DNA of 64,000 nucleotides from an uncultured archaeon. Its GTDB lineage: Archaea; Asgardarchaeota; Lokiarchaeia; Sigyniarchaeales; SOKP01. The stretch is taken from the NCBI GenBank assembly GCA_964508365.1, contig CAZDTP010000006.1, positions 1-64,000 on the forward strand. Reading direction: 5' to 3'. Shown here one piece after another: positions 46,819 through 56,552 of the stretch (its first letter is position 1; each line of letters starts with the position of its first letter). The position numbers and the translations under genes were made by a program. Under the pieces are notes generated by a model, which saw only the letters and a program-made list of their open reading frames with translations, searched no databases and was not told the DNA's origin.

Positions 46819-48789
46819 CTATATATTACTTTTAATCTTCCTTCTATGGTTAACTATTACAAAACCACTTAAAATTAAAATAAGCATTAGAAAGAGCGCC
46901 AATTCATAACCAGGTATAGCTTGATCGCCATTTTGAACTAATGAGTCCAATGATAGATGAAATTCATCCTCTAATTGAACCAGAACATAATTACTATAAA
47001 TTAAGCTTACTCGATGAGGTTGCTTTGAAATGTTAAAAAACAATTCGGTTGTTCCATTAATCCAGACTGTTTGACTAAAAATCAAAGAATTTGAGGCATC
47101 ATATACGTATAAAGGAACTTGTTGGGAGTAATTATACTCGTTCAGAGGCTCGTTTAAATCTACAATAACTATATTTAAATTCTGAGTTTCAGAATTGTAA
47201 ATGTTTTTTGTAATTGAATATTTTGGAAGTAAGAGATTATCGAACCAGGGGAAGAAAAACCAATCTAACGACATTCCTACTACATCCTCGAATGCCTGCT
47301 GTATATCTGATAATATGACGATCTCAAATTGGTGTCTCTCAAAATATAACTTTAAACCTTCTAAAAAGGCTGTAAGTCCTATAGTTTGGCGTAACTTTTC
47401 AAAAATTAGCGGTGCTTTATGATAGGCGACATAGTAATAATCAGTATCTGTAGCTATACATTCGTAAATTGTTTGATTTATTTTTGAACTAAACCCATTA
47501 TTTGCATAGTAAACTCTTACTTCATCAATATAGCGCGTATATTGGAAATATTCCCAATCTCCATGATAATACTCTCCGTAGTAATCAGTTGACCAACAAG
47601 TTAACCCTTCGTCTAAAAATCCTACATCTATTTCGTCGTTTCCAACTAAGTTATACCACCACTGATGGCATATTTCGTGAGCAATTATTTTTTCTAAAAG
47701 CCTTCGTTCTACATCGAGAGGATACCCCCAGCTAGCTATTGATTCCGAAATGTACACTTGATTGGGGTATTCCATACCTCCAAAATCCGTGTATTCTTCT
47801 ACGACATTAAGTGTCGGGTAAGGATATAATCCAAAAGAATTGTTATAAAGAATTAAGGCATTTTCAGCGTGATTTAAGGCAGAATTGTTCCATAGATATT
47901 CATCTTTTAGAAGAAAATAGGTTGAAACATTTACACCATTTAAAATTTTTGATTGTACTTGAAAATACCGCGAAGCTGAAAAAGTGACTTCCCGTACAGG
48001 ATAAATAGGATTAAAGTGATAACATGTAGTTGCGCCGCTTTCTAATTTTTCTTCTAAGTTTCCGGTAGCTGCAATTATCAATTCGTTAGGGGCGTTAATA
48101 AATAAGTTATAATAAGCCATATCAAAATAAAATGGATCACCCGTAGTCAAATAAGAATCAGTGTTCCAACCGTCTTCACTATCATAAACGCAAGGTATAG
48201 GATAAAAACTCGCAAACTTATAAATCCTCGATTGGTCGTAAACGCTTCCGTGAGAATTTGCTCTATCAATTCCTCCATCTGGAAGGGTTGCGTTAAATTG
48301 AATTATAAATTCGGTTCTTTTTTGAGGTTCTAAATTTGTAGTTAGGTTTACCCACATAATTTGCTGATTTGAATATACCTCAAACGGGATTGCTATATTT
48401 GGGTTATCTAAATCTGTAACATTTACAATTTCAATGAGACCAGGTCTTATATCGTAGTACATTCCTGATAAATAAATGTGAAAAGGAATTCTTGTATAGT
48501 TTACGCTATCGTCATTATAGAAATTCACCGTCAAATTTCCTTCAATAGAAGAGCTTGCTTCGTCCATGATTACAGATAAATTATAACGAGAGAAATTCCC
48601 GCTGATTTGAGCTAATTTTGGATAATCTTTAACCTTCTCAACAATTTCATCTCCCAAACTAGAGATAAAATTATTCTTTTGGAATTTAAAAGGGAAGATA
48701 TAAACGGAAGTGAAAACGCAATTTATTAAGAAAATACCTATTAAAACACAAGTAAATTTATGATATTTCTTTTTCATGTTTCTAATCAA
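46819..48789 (-). CDS. Secreted M1-family zinc aminopeptidase with C-terminal PGY-TM-basic (Loki-CTERM/PGF-CTERM-like) anchor
   Basis: GGMEYP, HEICHQWW...LDEG (HEXXH-X18-E), Y...K motif; ends IPGYELALFLMLILILSGFVIVNHRRKIK. Confidence 0.9.
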   Translation of the reverse strand: MIRNMKKKYHKFTCVLIGIFLINCVFTSVYIFPFKFQKNNFISSLGDEIVEKVKDYPKLAQISGNFSRYNLSVIMDEASSSIEGNLTVNFYNDDSVNYTRIPFHIYLSGMYYDIRPGLIEIVNVTDLDNPNIAIPFEVYSNQQIMWVNLTTNLEPQKRTEFIIQFNATLPDGGIDRANSHGSVYDQSRIYKFASFYPIPCVYDSEDGWNTDSYLTTGDPFYFDMAYYNLFINAPNELIIAATGNLEEKLESGATTCYHFNPIYPVREVTFSASRYFQVQSKILNGVNVSTYFLLKDEYLWNNSALNHAENALILYNNSFGLYPYPTLNVVEEYTDFGGMEYPNQVYISESIASWGYPLDVERRLLEKIIAHEICHQWWYNLVGNDEIDVGFLDEGLTCWSTDYYGEYYHGDWEYFQYTRYIDEVRVYYANNGFSSKINQTIYECIATDTDYYYVAYHKAPLIFEKLRQTIGLTAFLEGLKLYFERHQFEIVILSDIQQAFEDVVGMSLDWFFFPWFDNLLLPKYSITKNIYNSETQNLNIVIVDLNEPLNEYNYSQQVPLYVYDASNSLIFSQTVWINGTTELFFNISKQPHRVSLIYSNYVLVQLEDEFHLSLDSLVQNGDQAIPGYELALFLMLILILSGFVIVNHRRKIKSNI

Positions 48790-48913
48790 ACAAGTTATTA
48801 CAAAAAGTTAAAGTAACGTATCTTGATAAATATTTTTACAAACTTCTACTAACTTGATAAAATTCTTATTTTGATTAGCATTATTTTTCATTAGAAATAG
48901 TTTGATTTTTTGA

Positions 48914-49840
48914 TTGAGAGCAATGAAAAAGAAAAGAACTGCTGTTGTTGGTGCTGGTTGGTTTGGTAAGGCACATATAAGAAACTTTCATGACCTTTCA
49001 GAGCTTGTTGGAATATGTGATACTAACGAATCTAAAATAGAACCATTAGCAAAACAATACGATGGAGTAAATGTTTATACTAATGTAGATGACTTGATTA
49101 AAAACGAATCCATAGACGCAGCAAGTATAGTTACACCACCCAAATACATTCCAGAAATCGCTAAGAAATTTGCTGATGCGGGTATCGATATTTTAATGGA
49201 AAAACCTATGGCGCTTAAGTTAGAGGATTTAATCCCTTTTAAGGATTACGATAATATAAGAATAATGCCGGGTTTTATTGAACTTTTTAATCCGGTTGTT
49301 GATAAACTATTAAACCATCTTGACGAGATTGGTGAGATTATCTCAATTGCTTCTAAACGCGTTGGTTTGTATCCTAAGAGAGATTGGGATATGGGAGTAA
49401 TTCTGGATTTGTCAATCCACGACATTTATCTTCAAGAAAAAATTATGAGTAAGAACGAGATTGTAAATGCTTTTGGGTTAAAAAAATGTTATAAAGATAA
49501 TATTCATGCTGATGCGGCATTCATTATTTTAGATTTTGGCACGGTTATCGGTCAAATTGAATCGAATTGGTTGACTCCATCGAAATTCAGAAGAATTTAT
49601 GTTAATGGGGAATTTGGGGGTATATCCGCTGATTTCATCACTCAACAAGTAAATATACGAACAGGAATAGATTTGCAGGGAGAATATCCAATCACTAAAG
49701 ATACTTCGTTTACACCCTTAAGAGGAGACGAACCTTTAAAGAGAGAGATTAATAATTTTCTTTACGATAAAGAACAGGATGTTACCCTCGACGATGGTAT
49801 AAGAGCATTAGACATTGCTTTAAAAATAGTAAATTCTTAA
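48914..49840 (+). CDS. Gfo/Idh/MocA-family oxidoreductase
   Basis: VVGAGWFG, MEKPMA, ELFNP and DLSIHD motifs; likely start is the ATG at 48923. Confidence 0.9.
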   Translation: MRAMKKKRTAVVGAGWFGKAHIRNFHDLSELVGICDTNESKIEPLAKQYDGVNVYTNVDDLIKNESIDAASIVTPPKYIPEIAKKFADAGIDILMEKPMALKLEDLIPFKDYDNIRIMPGFIELFNPVVDKLLNHLDEIGEIISIASKRVGLYPKRDWDMGVILDLSIHDIYLQEKIMSKNEIVNAFGLKKCYKDNIHADAAFIILDFGTVIGQIESNWLTPSKFRRIYVNGEFGGISADFITQQVNIRTGIDLQGEYPITKDTSFTPLRGDEPLKREINNFLYDKEQDVTLDDGIRALDIALKIVNS

Positions 49841-49872
49841 TTTTATAGTAAATACAAAATAATTAGGTTGTA

Positions 49873-50304
49873 ATGATGGATGAGTCTAATAAGGATCAAG
49901 AACAGCACGAATTAGAAAAATTACGTATGAAAAAAATGAAAGCGCTTATGGAGGCTCAAAAGAGGCAGCAAGCAAGCCAAGAGAGAGTTGTATCAATTAA
50001 TGATAAAATTATCTATGTATTAAGAGTTGTCCTAGCAACAGATGCTTTTTCTTACTTAGAAAAAATAAGGACGAACGAACCAATGGTATATCAGGCAATA
50101 TACAACGAACTAGTGAGTCCAGATGTTATATCCAATATAGATTATTTAATTTCCATTATCAATAGGCAAGGTGGCATACCTAGAAAGATTCCTTTGGATG
50201 CGATTATCTATTTAGAACGAAAGATTAAAGGAGTTAAAGGAAAGATTCAAGTTAAAAAGGGTAATGGCGAGATGATGGATTTAGGATCTTTTTTGAAGAA
50301 ATAG
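49873..50304 (+). CDS. PDCD5-like double-stranded DNA-binding protein (divergent)
   Basis: ELEKLRMKKM N-terminal helix followed by VLRVVLATDAFSYLEKIR, similar to the PDCD5 'ILxxxLtpeArxRL' pattern. Confidence 0.55.
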   Translation: MMDESNKDQEQHELEKLRMKKMKALMEAQKRQQASQERVVSINDKIIYVLRVVLATDAFSYLEKIRTNEPMVYQAIYNELVSPDVISNIDYLISIINRQGGIPRKIPLDAIIYLERKIKGVKGKIQVKKGNGEMMDLGSFLKK

Positions 50305-50370
50305 TCTGCTTTTCTTCTATAATAGGATAAGATTTTAATTTTTTAGAGCAGTTATTAGTCGGTAATGAAT

Positions 50371-50925
50371 CTATTGCTCTCTGGCTGAAATTATCGCATT
50401 TACTTCCCATTCACCATTATTCATAGGATTAGCATCAATACTCGAAAACTGAAATGCGAATGGACGCTTAAATATTTGCTCAATCATAGGGCTGAATGAA
50501 CTAACAGCGAAAATTAATATTCTCTTTAAAATACTCTCAACTTTAGTATCTATTTTGCATTCTTTTAGGACTTCCTCAACAATATTAATCTCTGCTAAGT
50601 TATAATGATATTGATAGACCAATTTAAAATCGACCGGCGTTGGTGCTTCAGGATAAGCCATAGTTAAACCCCTCTTTCTGAAAGGAAAGAGCGTATTCAG
50701 ATAAAAGGTAAATATCTCGTCGTAATGATCCCTAAGTAAGTAGGAAATTCTAGATCCTTCTTTGTATTCTGGCCAATATGTTTGCATTAACTCAATTAGT
50801 CGAGGATAATTTTTGTATTTGTTTTGGCTTTCTTTTTGCAAATAGTATAGTAATCTGTTTTTCAGCGGTTTGAATTCGTTGTCTTTCGCTACTCTTTCCA
50901 CGAATTTTCTAAATCTTAGGCTCAT
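50371..50925 (-). CDS. Hypothetical protein
   Basis: 184-aa ORF with ATG start filling the gap; no recognised motif. Confidence 0.7.
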   Translation of the reverse strand: MSLRFRKFVERVAKDNEFKPLKNRLLYYLQKESQNKYKNYPRLIELMQTYWPEYKEGSRISYLLRDHYDEIFTFYLNTLFPFRKRGLTMAYPEAPTPVDFKLVYQYHYNLAEINIVEEVLKECKIDTKVESILKRILIFAVSSFSPMIEQIFKRPFAFQFSSIDANPMNNGEWEVNAIISAREQ

Positions 50926-51106
50926 GTTTAATAGAGGAGGAATAGGTTATTAAGTACTTTACTATAAAATCTTTATTTTTTTATATGATACTCATATATT
51001 ATAATCTTATGTATTCTGTAAGGACTTTCTCATAAAACATTTGTGAAATATTTTTATTAATTATTCTTGGTAAAAATAAATAGTTGGTTAAATTCATAAT
51101 AGTATC

Positions 51107-52312
51107 ATGTTCAACAAAGTTGCTTTAGTGTATACTGACCAGTACGATAGATACGATTTTGGACCAAATCACCCGTTACGTCCATTAAGGTTGAAACTAA
51201 CCTATGAACTTATGGAAAAACTAAATCTCCTGAGTCATGAAAGGCTGGTAATAAAAGAACCAATAATAGCAACTAGAGAACAAATAGAACAAGCACACGA
51301 TCCTGAATATGTTGAAGTTGTTAAAATATTGAGTGCCAATCCTGAAGATAGAAAAATTCAACCCTATAGATATGGTTTAGGTCCAGGTGACAATCCCATA
51401 TTTAGAGGAATGTATGAAGCTTCCGCTCTTGTATGCGGAGCAAGCATCGTAGCTGCAGATTCAGTTTGGAAGAACGATGATATTATAATTGCTTTTAATC
51501 CTGCTGGAGGATTACACCATGCTCAAAAAAAAAGTGCTTCAGGGTTTTGTATTTTCAACGATATCGCGGTTGCGATACATCACCTAAAGCAATTAAAAAA
51601 AGACATTAAAATAGCGTATCTAGACATCGATTGTCATCATGGTGATGGTGTGCAATGGTTATTTTACGACGATCCGAATGTTTTAACCATTTCTTTTCAT
51701 GAAAGTGGAAAGTTTTTATTTCCCGGCACAGGAAGCACAAATGAGATTGGTGAGGGACTGGGAAAAGGATTTTCATTAAATTTTCCTTTACTCCCCGAAA
51801 CCAATAATAGAATGTTTGTAAAACTATTTAGATATTGTGTGCCTAGAATTTTAGATGCATATTCTCCCGATTTGTTATTTACTCAACTCGGCGTTGATAT
51901 GCACTTCAATGATCCGTTAACTCAAATGGGACTTTCTATATCGGCATACAAGGATATTGCTCAAACCCTTTATACTTGTGCTCATGATTATTGTAATAAT
52001 AGATGGGTCGCGGTAGGGGGAGGGGGTTATCTCATGACGGTCGTTCCAAGAGCTTGGAGCATAATCCTTGCGAGGATGCTAGATGTAAAATTAAAAAATG
52101 AATTACCTAACGATTGGATAGAACAAGTTAAGAAAGAAGTTCCGAATGAGGAAACACCTTATTTATTATGGGATCGCGATGATAAATCGGAGGTCCAGCT
52201 CCTTTCTCATCCAGAAATAGCAAAAAAAATGATTGATTATAATAACGATTTAAAAAACCTATGCGATAACGAATATTTACCTAATATTTCACAAAAGATA
52301 AAAGAAAGTTAA
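51107..52312 (+). CDS. Zn-dependent histone deacetylase family protein (class I/AcuC-like)
   Basis: HPLRP.R, GGLHHA, SGFCIFND, DIDCHHGDGVQ, LGVDMHFNDPL and GGGGY motifs. Confidence 0.95.
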   Translation: MFNKVALVYTDQYDRYDFGPNHPLRPLRLKLTYELMEKLNLLSHERLVIKEPIIATREQIEQAHDPEYVEVVKILSANPEDRKIQPYRYGLGPGDNPIFRGMYEASALVCGASIVAADSVWKNDDIIIAFNPAGGLHHAQKKSASGFCIFNDIAVAIHHLKQLKKDIKIAYLDIDCHHGDGVQWLFYDDPNVLTISFHESGKFLFPGTGSTNEIGEGLGKGFSLNFPLLPETNNRMFVKLFRYCVPRILDAYSPDLLFTQLGVDMHFNDPLTQMGLSISAYKDIAQTLYTCAHDYCNNRWVAVGGGGYLMTVVPRAWSIILARMLDVKLKNELPNDWIEQVKKEVPNEETPYLLWDRDDKSEVQLLSHPEIAKKMIDYNNDLKNLCDNEYLPNISQKIKES

Positions 52313-53031
52313 TTGTTAGGGATATTATTTTTTTTAAGAATCCAGTTATCAATTGTAAAGTTTTGAGAGATATCGTTTGAAGAATTGTAATTTGATCGGA
52401 TTACCGATTTGGGTATCCAGATTTCTTTATCGTTATTAAATTGGATAAGTAATGCTTTTTCTGTTTCTCCCTCTATAACTCCCTTAATTTGACTTACTTC
52501 GTTTTCATTAAGTTCGATGGATTGTTTAATGATAGGTAATGCCGTAGCGTCATTATCATGATTCTTTTGTTCATTATCTTTTAGACCATTAACACTAGAT
52601 TTTTCGGAGTTTAGTTTTACTACCGTAGCATACTCTATTTTTTCTTTCAAAATATGCCTTAATAATAGCCGGAAAATCTCAGTTTGAGCAAAGTTCAACA
52701 TTTTAGAATAATTACCAATATAAATCAGAAGTTTTTTCTTAGCCTCATCTTCCCATTTGAAAGATATCTGAGTCTTCACTTCATTAAAATTATGATAGCT
52801 AGACCAGGAATCAGAATTTCTTTGTAGTACCTCAAGAATCATAATTATTTCGTCTAAATTGCATTTTATCGTCTTTCCTTCTCCTAAAGATGGTTTTTCC
52901 CACGAACCATCTGGTTTTTTCTTAATACACTTCAAATATATAAACGAATCCGATTTTGAAGAGCTAAGAAGTGTGAGTCCTGTTGATTGTCCAAAAAAGC
53001 TTTGACTGTGTTTATCTACCATTTTTATCAA
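52309..53031 (-). CDS. Hypothetical two-domain protein; N-terminal domain Whirly/PC4-like (candidate ssDNA/RNA binder)
   Basis: Two beta-rich-then-helix units in aa ~5-135; C-terminal small beta domain with ETEKA...WIPKS motif. Confidence 0.5.
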   Translation of the reverse strand: MIKMVDKHSQSFFGQSTGLTLLSSSKSDSFIYLKCIKKKPDGSWEKPSLGEGKTIKCNLDEIIMILEVLQRNSDSWSSYHNFNEVKTQISFKWEDEAKKKLLIYIGNYSKMLNFAQTEIFRLLLRHILKEKIEYATVVKLNSEKSSVNGLKDNEQKNHDNDATALPIIKQSIELNENEVSQIKGVIEGETEKALLIQFNNDKEIWIPKSVIRSNYNSSNDISQNFTIDNWILKKNNIPNN

Positions 53032-53105
53032 TTTTTTATAGTTAATTTTACTTTTTTACTGAATACAGTTATTTGGATTTTTAATATTCTAATTATATTT
53101 AAAGG

Positions 53106-53893
53106 AAAATTTTGGGGTGGATACAAAATTCAGTGTTTTTTAATATATTTGAATTTATTCAAGGATTATAATTCATATATTTCTTTATTCCATAAAAGCC
53201 CCAAGACATAGTAAAAATTGGAAATAATAGAAGAATAAAGTTAAAAATAGCTAAATCTATAAATTCTATTTTCTCAAAATAAATAACGTACATTGGCACA
53301 ATAAAGAAAAATATTGATAAGCAAAATATTATAAGAAAGAGTAATTGAAATTTAAAATATTTTTTAAAGCATTTCTTACAGAAATATCCTTTGATCCAAA
53401 ATGACATTGGTCTAATGACTTCTTTTTTACTTTGCTTGAATATTTCATTAGATATTGTTTGACCACAGCATCTACAAAAAGTTGTTGAAGATTTTTTATG
53501 GTTTCTCTCCACATAGTATTGATTATGAAAATTTAATGCTCTTTTAAATATGAAATAGATTATTATTCCTTGAACAATCCAGAAACTACTCAGAATTAAC
53601 CATAAGACTAACATTATAAAGTCATGATCATATACAGGAATAACTGTATTCAAAACAATAGCAAGATTATATTCCAAAAGAAATGCTAATAATTGGAGTA
53701 AAATCATTGAAATGCCTAAAAAGATCCATAAATATCCGTATGAGATGGAATATTTCTTTGAAGGAATGTATTTAAACACTCGTGAATCCATATAAACTCA
53801 ATAGTTATAAAGTTTTACTAATCTATACGATATTTGAATATTTAAAAGTAAGGATTTTTTATTTTAACTAAATCTTGTATCCACCCAAATTTT
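53106..53893. repeat. Imperfect ~28-bp inverted repeats (53106-53134 and 53867-53893) flanking one gene
   Basis: Left AAAATTTTGGGGTGGATACAAAATTCAGT; reverse complement of right AAAATTTGGGTGGATACAAGATTTAGT; exact 12-bp core GGGTGGATACAA. Confidence 0.75.
53159..53791 (-). CDS. Membrane protein (about 4 TM) with a central Cys-rich Zn-ribbon-like loop
   Basis: Two TM pairs flanking FCRCCG...YFCKKC. Confidence 0.7.
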   Translation of the reverse strand: MDSRVFKYIPSKKYSISYGYLWIFLGISMILLQLLAFLLEYNLAIVLNTVIPVYDHDFIMLVLWLILSSFWIVQGIIIYFIFKRALNFHNQYYVERNHKKSSTTFCRCCGQTISNEIFKQSKKEVIRPMSFWIKGYFCKKCFKKYFKFQLLFLIIFCLSIFFFIVPMYVIYFEKIEFIDLAIFNFILLLFPIFTMSWGFYGIKKYMNYNP

Positions 53894-54089
53894 ATGAACT
53901 ACCTTAACCATTCGTATGGGTAAGAAACGAGAAAGAAAGGACTAAAGACTTAAATATTAATTAAAAATAGTTATGTAAGAAAATAGTCATTTTTACTGAA
54001 GTTTAAACATAAACAACATTGATCATGTATTGAAATACAAGAAACAAAAGGTTTTTAGAAAAAAATATTAAGTTACAATCGAAATTTTT

Positions 54090-54971
54090 TTAATTTAATA
54101 AATCTAAAAATCTGTTTAGAATAGCATGATATTCATCTCTTTTGAGTAAAGTGCCCATATGCCCTACATTCTCAAATATTATTTCTTCCACATTAGGATA
54201 TTGACTTCTTAATTCCTCATGATAAGGAAATCCATGATCGTCATTTGCTGTAAAAATAAGAACTTTACCATCCCACCCGTAATAATCTTCTATATTGTAT
54301 TTTTCACCGTTGAATTCACCTGTGAGAATTGATTGGCATTGTATAACGCTTTTCTCTAGTTTATTAAACCTTTCTTTTATAAATGCCATTGTAAAATTAA
54401 ACTCCTCCCTAATTTCAGTGATCATTTCTTTATCTTCATCGGCTAATTTCAAAAGTTTTTTTGACATCACCTTCCTTAATAGAAAAGCTGGTATGAATTT
54501 AAGCAGCTTTTTCATTTTTTTAAAATCTTTTACCCATTCATTTTTTGGAGGATAACTATTGATAAGAATAAGCGCCTCTATATTTTTATAATTTCTATGG
54601 AAGTACGGTTGAGCCATAAAACTTCCAAAACTCTGACCTATTAAAATATATTTTTCCACGTTTTCTTTTTTTAGAATTTCATTTACTCCTTCACTAAATT
54701 CATCTAAACTTTCAAAATTGGTAATTGACGGGGCGATAATCCTATAATTTTTTTCAAAAAATCGAATAGCTTGTAAATTACCTTCGGCATTTCCAAGTGC
54801 TCCATGAAAGGTAAGAACTGTTTTTTCACCAGTTCCACAGCTAATATATTCTAGTTCCTTATTTCTGAACTTAATAGTCTTTATGGGATGATTTTTTCTA
54901 TAATCCACAAGGCGTTGATAAAGTTCCGGGGTTATATCCTTATAAAATTTGGAATTCCTTTGATTTTTCAT
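54090..54971 (-). CDS. Alpha/beta hydrolase
   Basis: FHGALG, GQSFG nucleophile elbow, ANDD acid region, VGHM catalytic His. Confidence 0.88.
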   Translation of the reverse strand: MKNQRNSKFYKDITPELYQRLVDYRKNHPIKTIKFRNKELEYISCGTGEKTVLTFHGALGNAEGNLQAIRFFEKNYRIIAPSITNFESLDEFSEGVNEILKKENVEKYILIGQSFGSFMAQPYFHRNYKNIEALILINSYPPKNEWVKDFKKMKKLLKFIPAFLLRKVMSKKLLKLADEDKEMITEIREEFNFTMAFIKERFNKLEKSVIQCQSILTGEFNGEKYNIEDYYGWDGKVLIFTANDDHGFPYHEELRSQYPNVEEIIFENVGHMGTLLKRDEYHAILNRFLDLLN

Positions 54972-55212
54972 CTCTACTACCTTGATTTTTCATCTCACCT
55001 AAAATTTTTTTGTCGCTAATTAAACATAGCTATTTTTGATATATAAATATTTTCATTCTTTTATGGAATTTGAATAATCGAATTCTTTTTTCTAAATGAT
55101 TTATCTGGAAAAATAATGGTTTAATTATGAATAAATGAATGAATTTTTTAAGGAAAATATTAAAATACTGAAAATTTTATTTCGAAAAAATTCAATTCAA
55201 TCCTTTTAATAG

Positions 55213-56349
55213 ATGATTCATAATTCATTCGATACTAAAAATTTATTATGTTATTTTCATTTATTTAACCTGATGACCAAAAAATCTGATTATAAATCAG
55301 AACAGGAAAGAATACTCCAGATTAAATACAATTTAATTAAATTTAACCTATTTGAAGGAACGATTGCAGATCATATAGAACACATTATCAAAATAATAAT
55401 TAATATTGGAAAAATTCGGGGGAGGAGCACTCGATTATCAATTATCTTAGTAATTTTTTTCCTTCTTAGAAAATTAACTCAAAAGGAACTACAAAAATTA
55501 ACAGGATATTCACGATCTAGTATTTCAACATCCATGAATTATATGTGTAAATCTGGTGTAGTCAATAAAGTACCAATTAAAGGAACTCATACATTTGAAT
55601 ATCGATTAAAGGGCAACGAATTTGAAATGCTCTTAGGAAATTATCTGGCAATTTTAGATTCTGTTATAACAGTAAAAAATGCATTAGAAATTAAAAAAAT
55701 CATCAAGGCAAATAGAAATCAAAATAACAAATTAATAAATAATTTTATAGAAACTCTCGATAAATACCAGATATTGCTTGAAAACATATGTAACAATACA
55801 ATATCAATGATAAGAAAACCTATAAATCTCATAAAAAATAAAGAAGATAATTGGATTATAAACAAACATACAGATAATCCAAATGAAATTATTGCCGCCT
55901 TTTTTAATCTAACATTGTTTTATGACCAAAAAAAGAGCCTCTCGGAGATATTATGTCACTTTATAGAGCATAAAAAATTAACCCAAAAGGAATTATGTAG
56001 TCTAACTAGCTATTCAGCGGGAACAATTTCTCAGGGCTTAAAATTTTTGGTCAATAATAGTTTAATCAAGGAGATAAATACAAGGAGAGGTGCACAAAAA
56101 GAATACTTTGTTATATCAATTTCAGATTACTTCATCCAAAGAAATATTATTATTACAAAAGCCATACTTGGACAGAAATTAATTTATGAAAAAATAAAGG
56201 AGGAATTGGATACAAACATTGGTGAATTAAGCTATTTGAAAGGATATAATGAATTATATATATATTTATTACAGAATCTAACAGTTATGCCAATATTTGA
56301 AAAAGCATTAGAAGATTATATTAAAATAAAAAATGAAATGAATAAATAA
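55213..56349 (+). CDS. Transcriptional regulator with two tandem MarR/GbsR-like winged HTH domains
   Basis: LTQKELQKLTGYSRSSIS and LTQKELCSLTSYSAGTIS; real start may be the ATG at 55273. Confidence 0.8.
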   Translation: MIHNSFDTKNLLCYFHLFNLMTKKSDYKSEQERILQIKYNLIKFNLFEGTIADHIEHIIKIIINIGKIRGRSTRLSIILVIFFLLRKLTQKELQKLTGYSRSSISTSMNYMCKSGVVNKVPIKGTHTFEYRLKGNEFEMLLGNYLAILDSVITVKNALEIKKIIKANRNQNNKLINNFIETLDKYQILLENICNNTISMIRKPINLIKNKEDNWIINKHTDNPNEIIAAFFNLTLFYDQKKSLSEILCHFIEHKKLTQKELCSLTSYSAGTISQGLKFLVNNSLIKEINTRRGAQKEYFVISISDYFIQRNIIITKAILGQKLIYEKIKEELDTNIGELSYLKGYNELYIYLLQNLTVMPIFEKALEDYIKIKNEMNK

Positions 56350-56552
56350 ATGTTCTTTTCTAATCCTCATTTATTTTTAAAATGCTATTTTAGTTCAAGA
56401 TTCTTTTGGGCATGTATAAATGGTGATGATTGGGATTAGCTATTCCAATGAGCTATTAAATTTAATTTATTATTAAGTATTGAAAATGAATAGATAACTT
56501 TTTCTCATACCTGCTTTTTCCTAAAAATATTTTGGGATATACTAATTAATAC

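Noticed and set aside
46670-46909. 79-aa + strand ORF
   Set aside because: It overlaps the tRNA-Tyr gene and the end of the opposite-strand M1 peptidase; spurious.
56423-56500. C-box-like GTGATGA suggesting a C/D box sRNA
   Set aside because: No CTGA D or D' box at a suitable distance.
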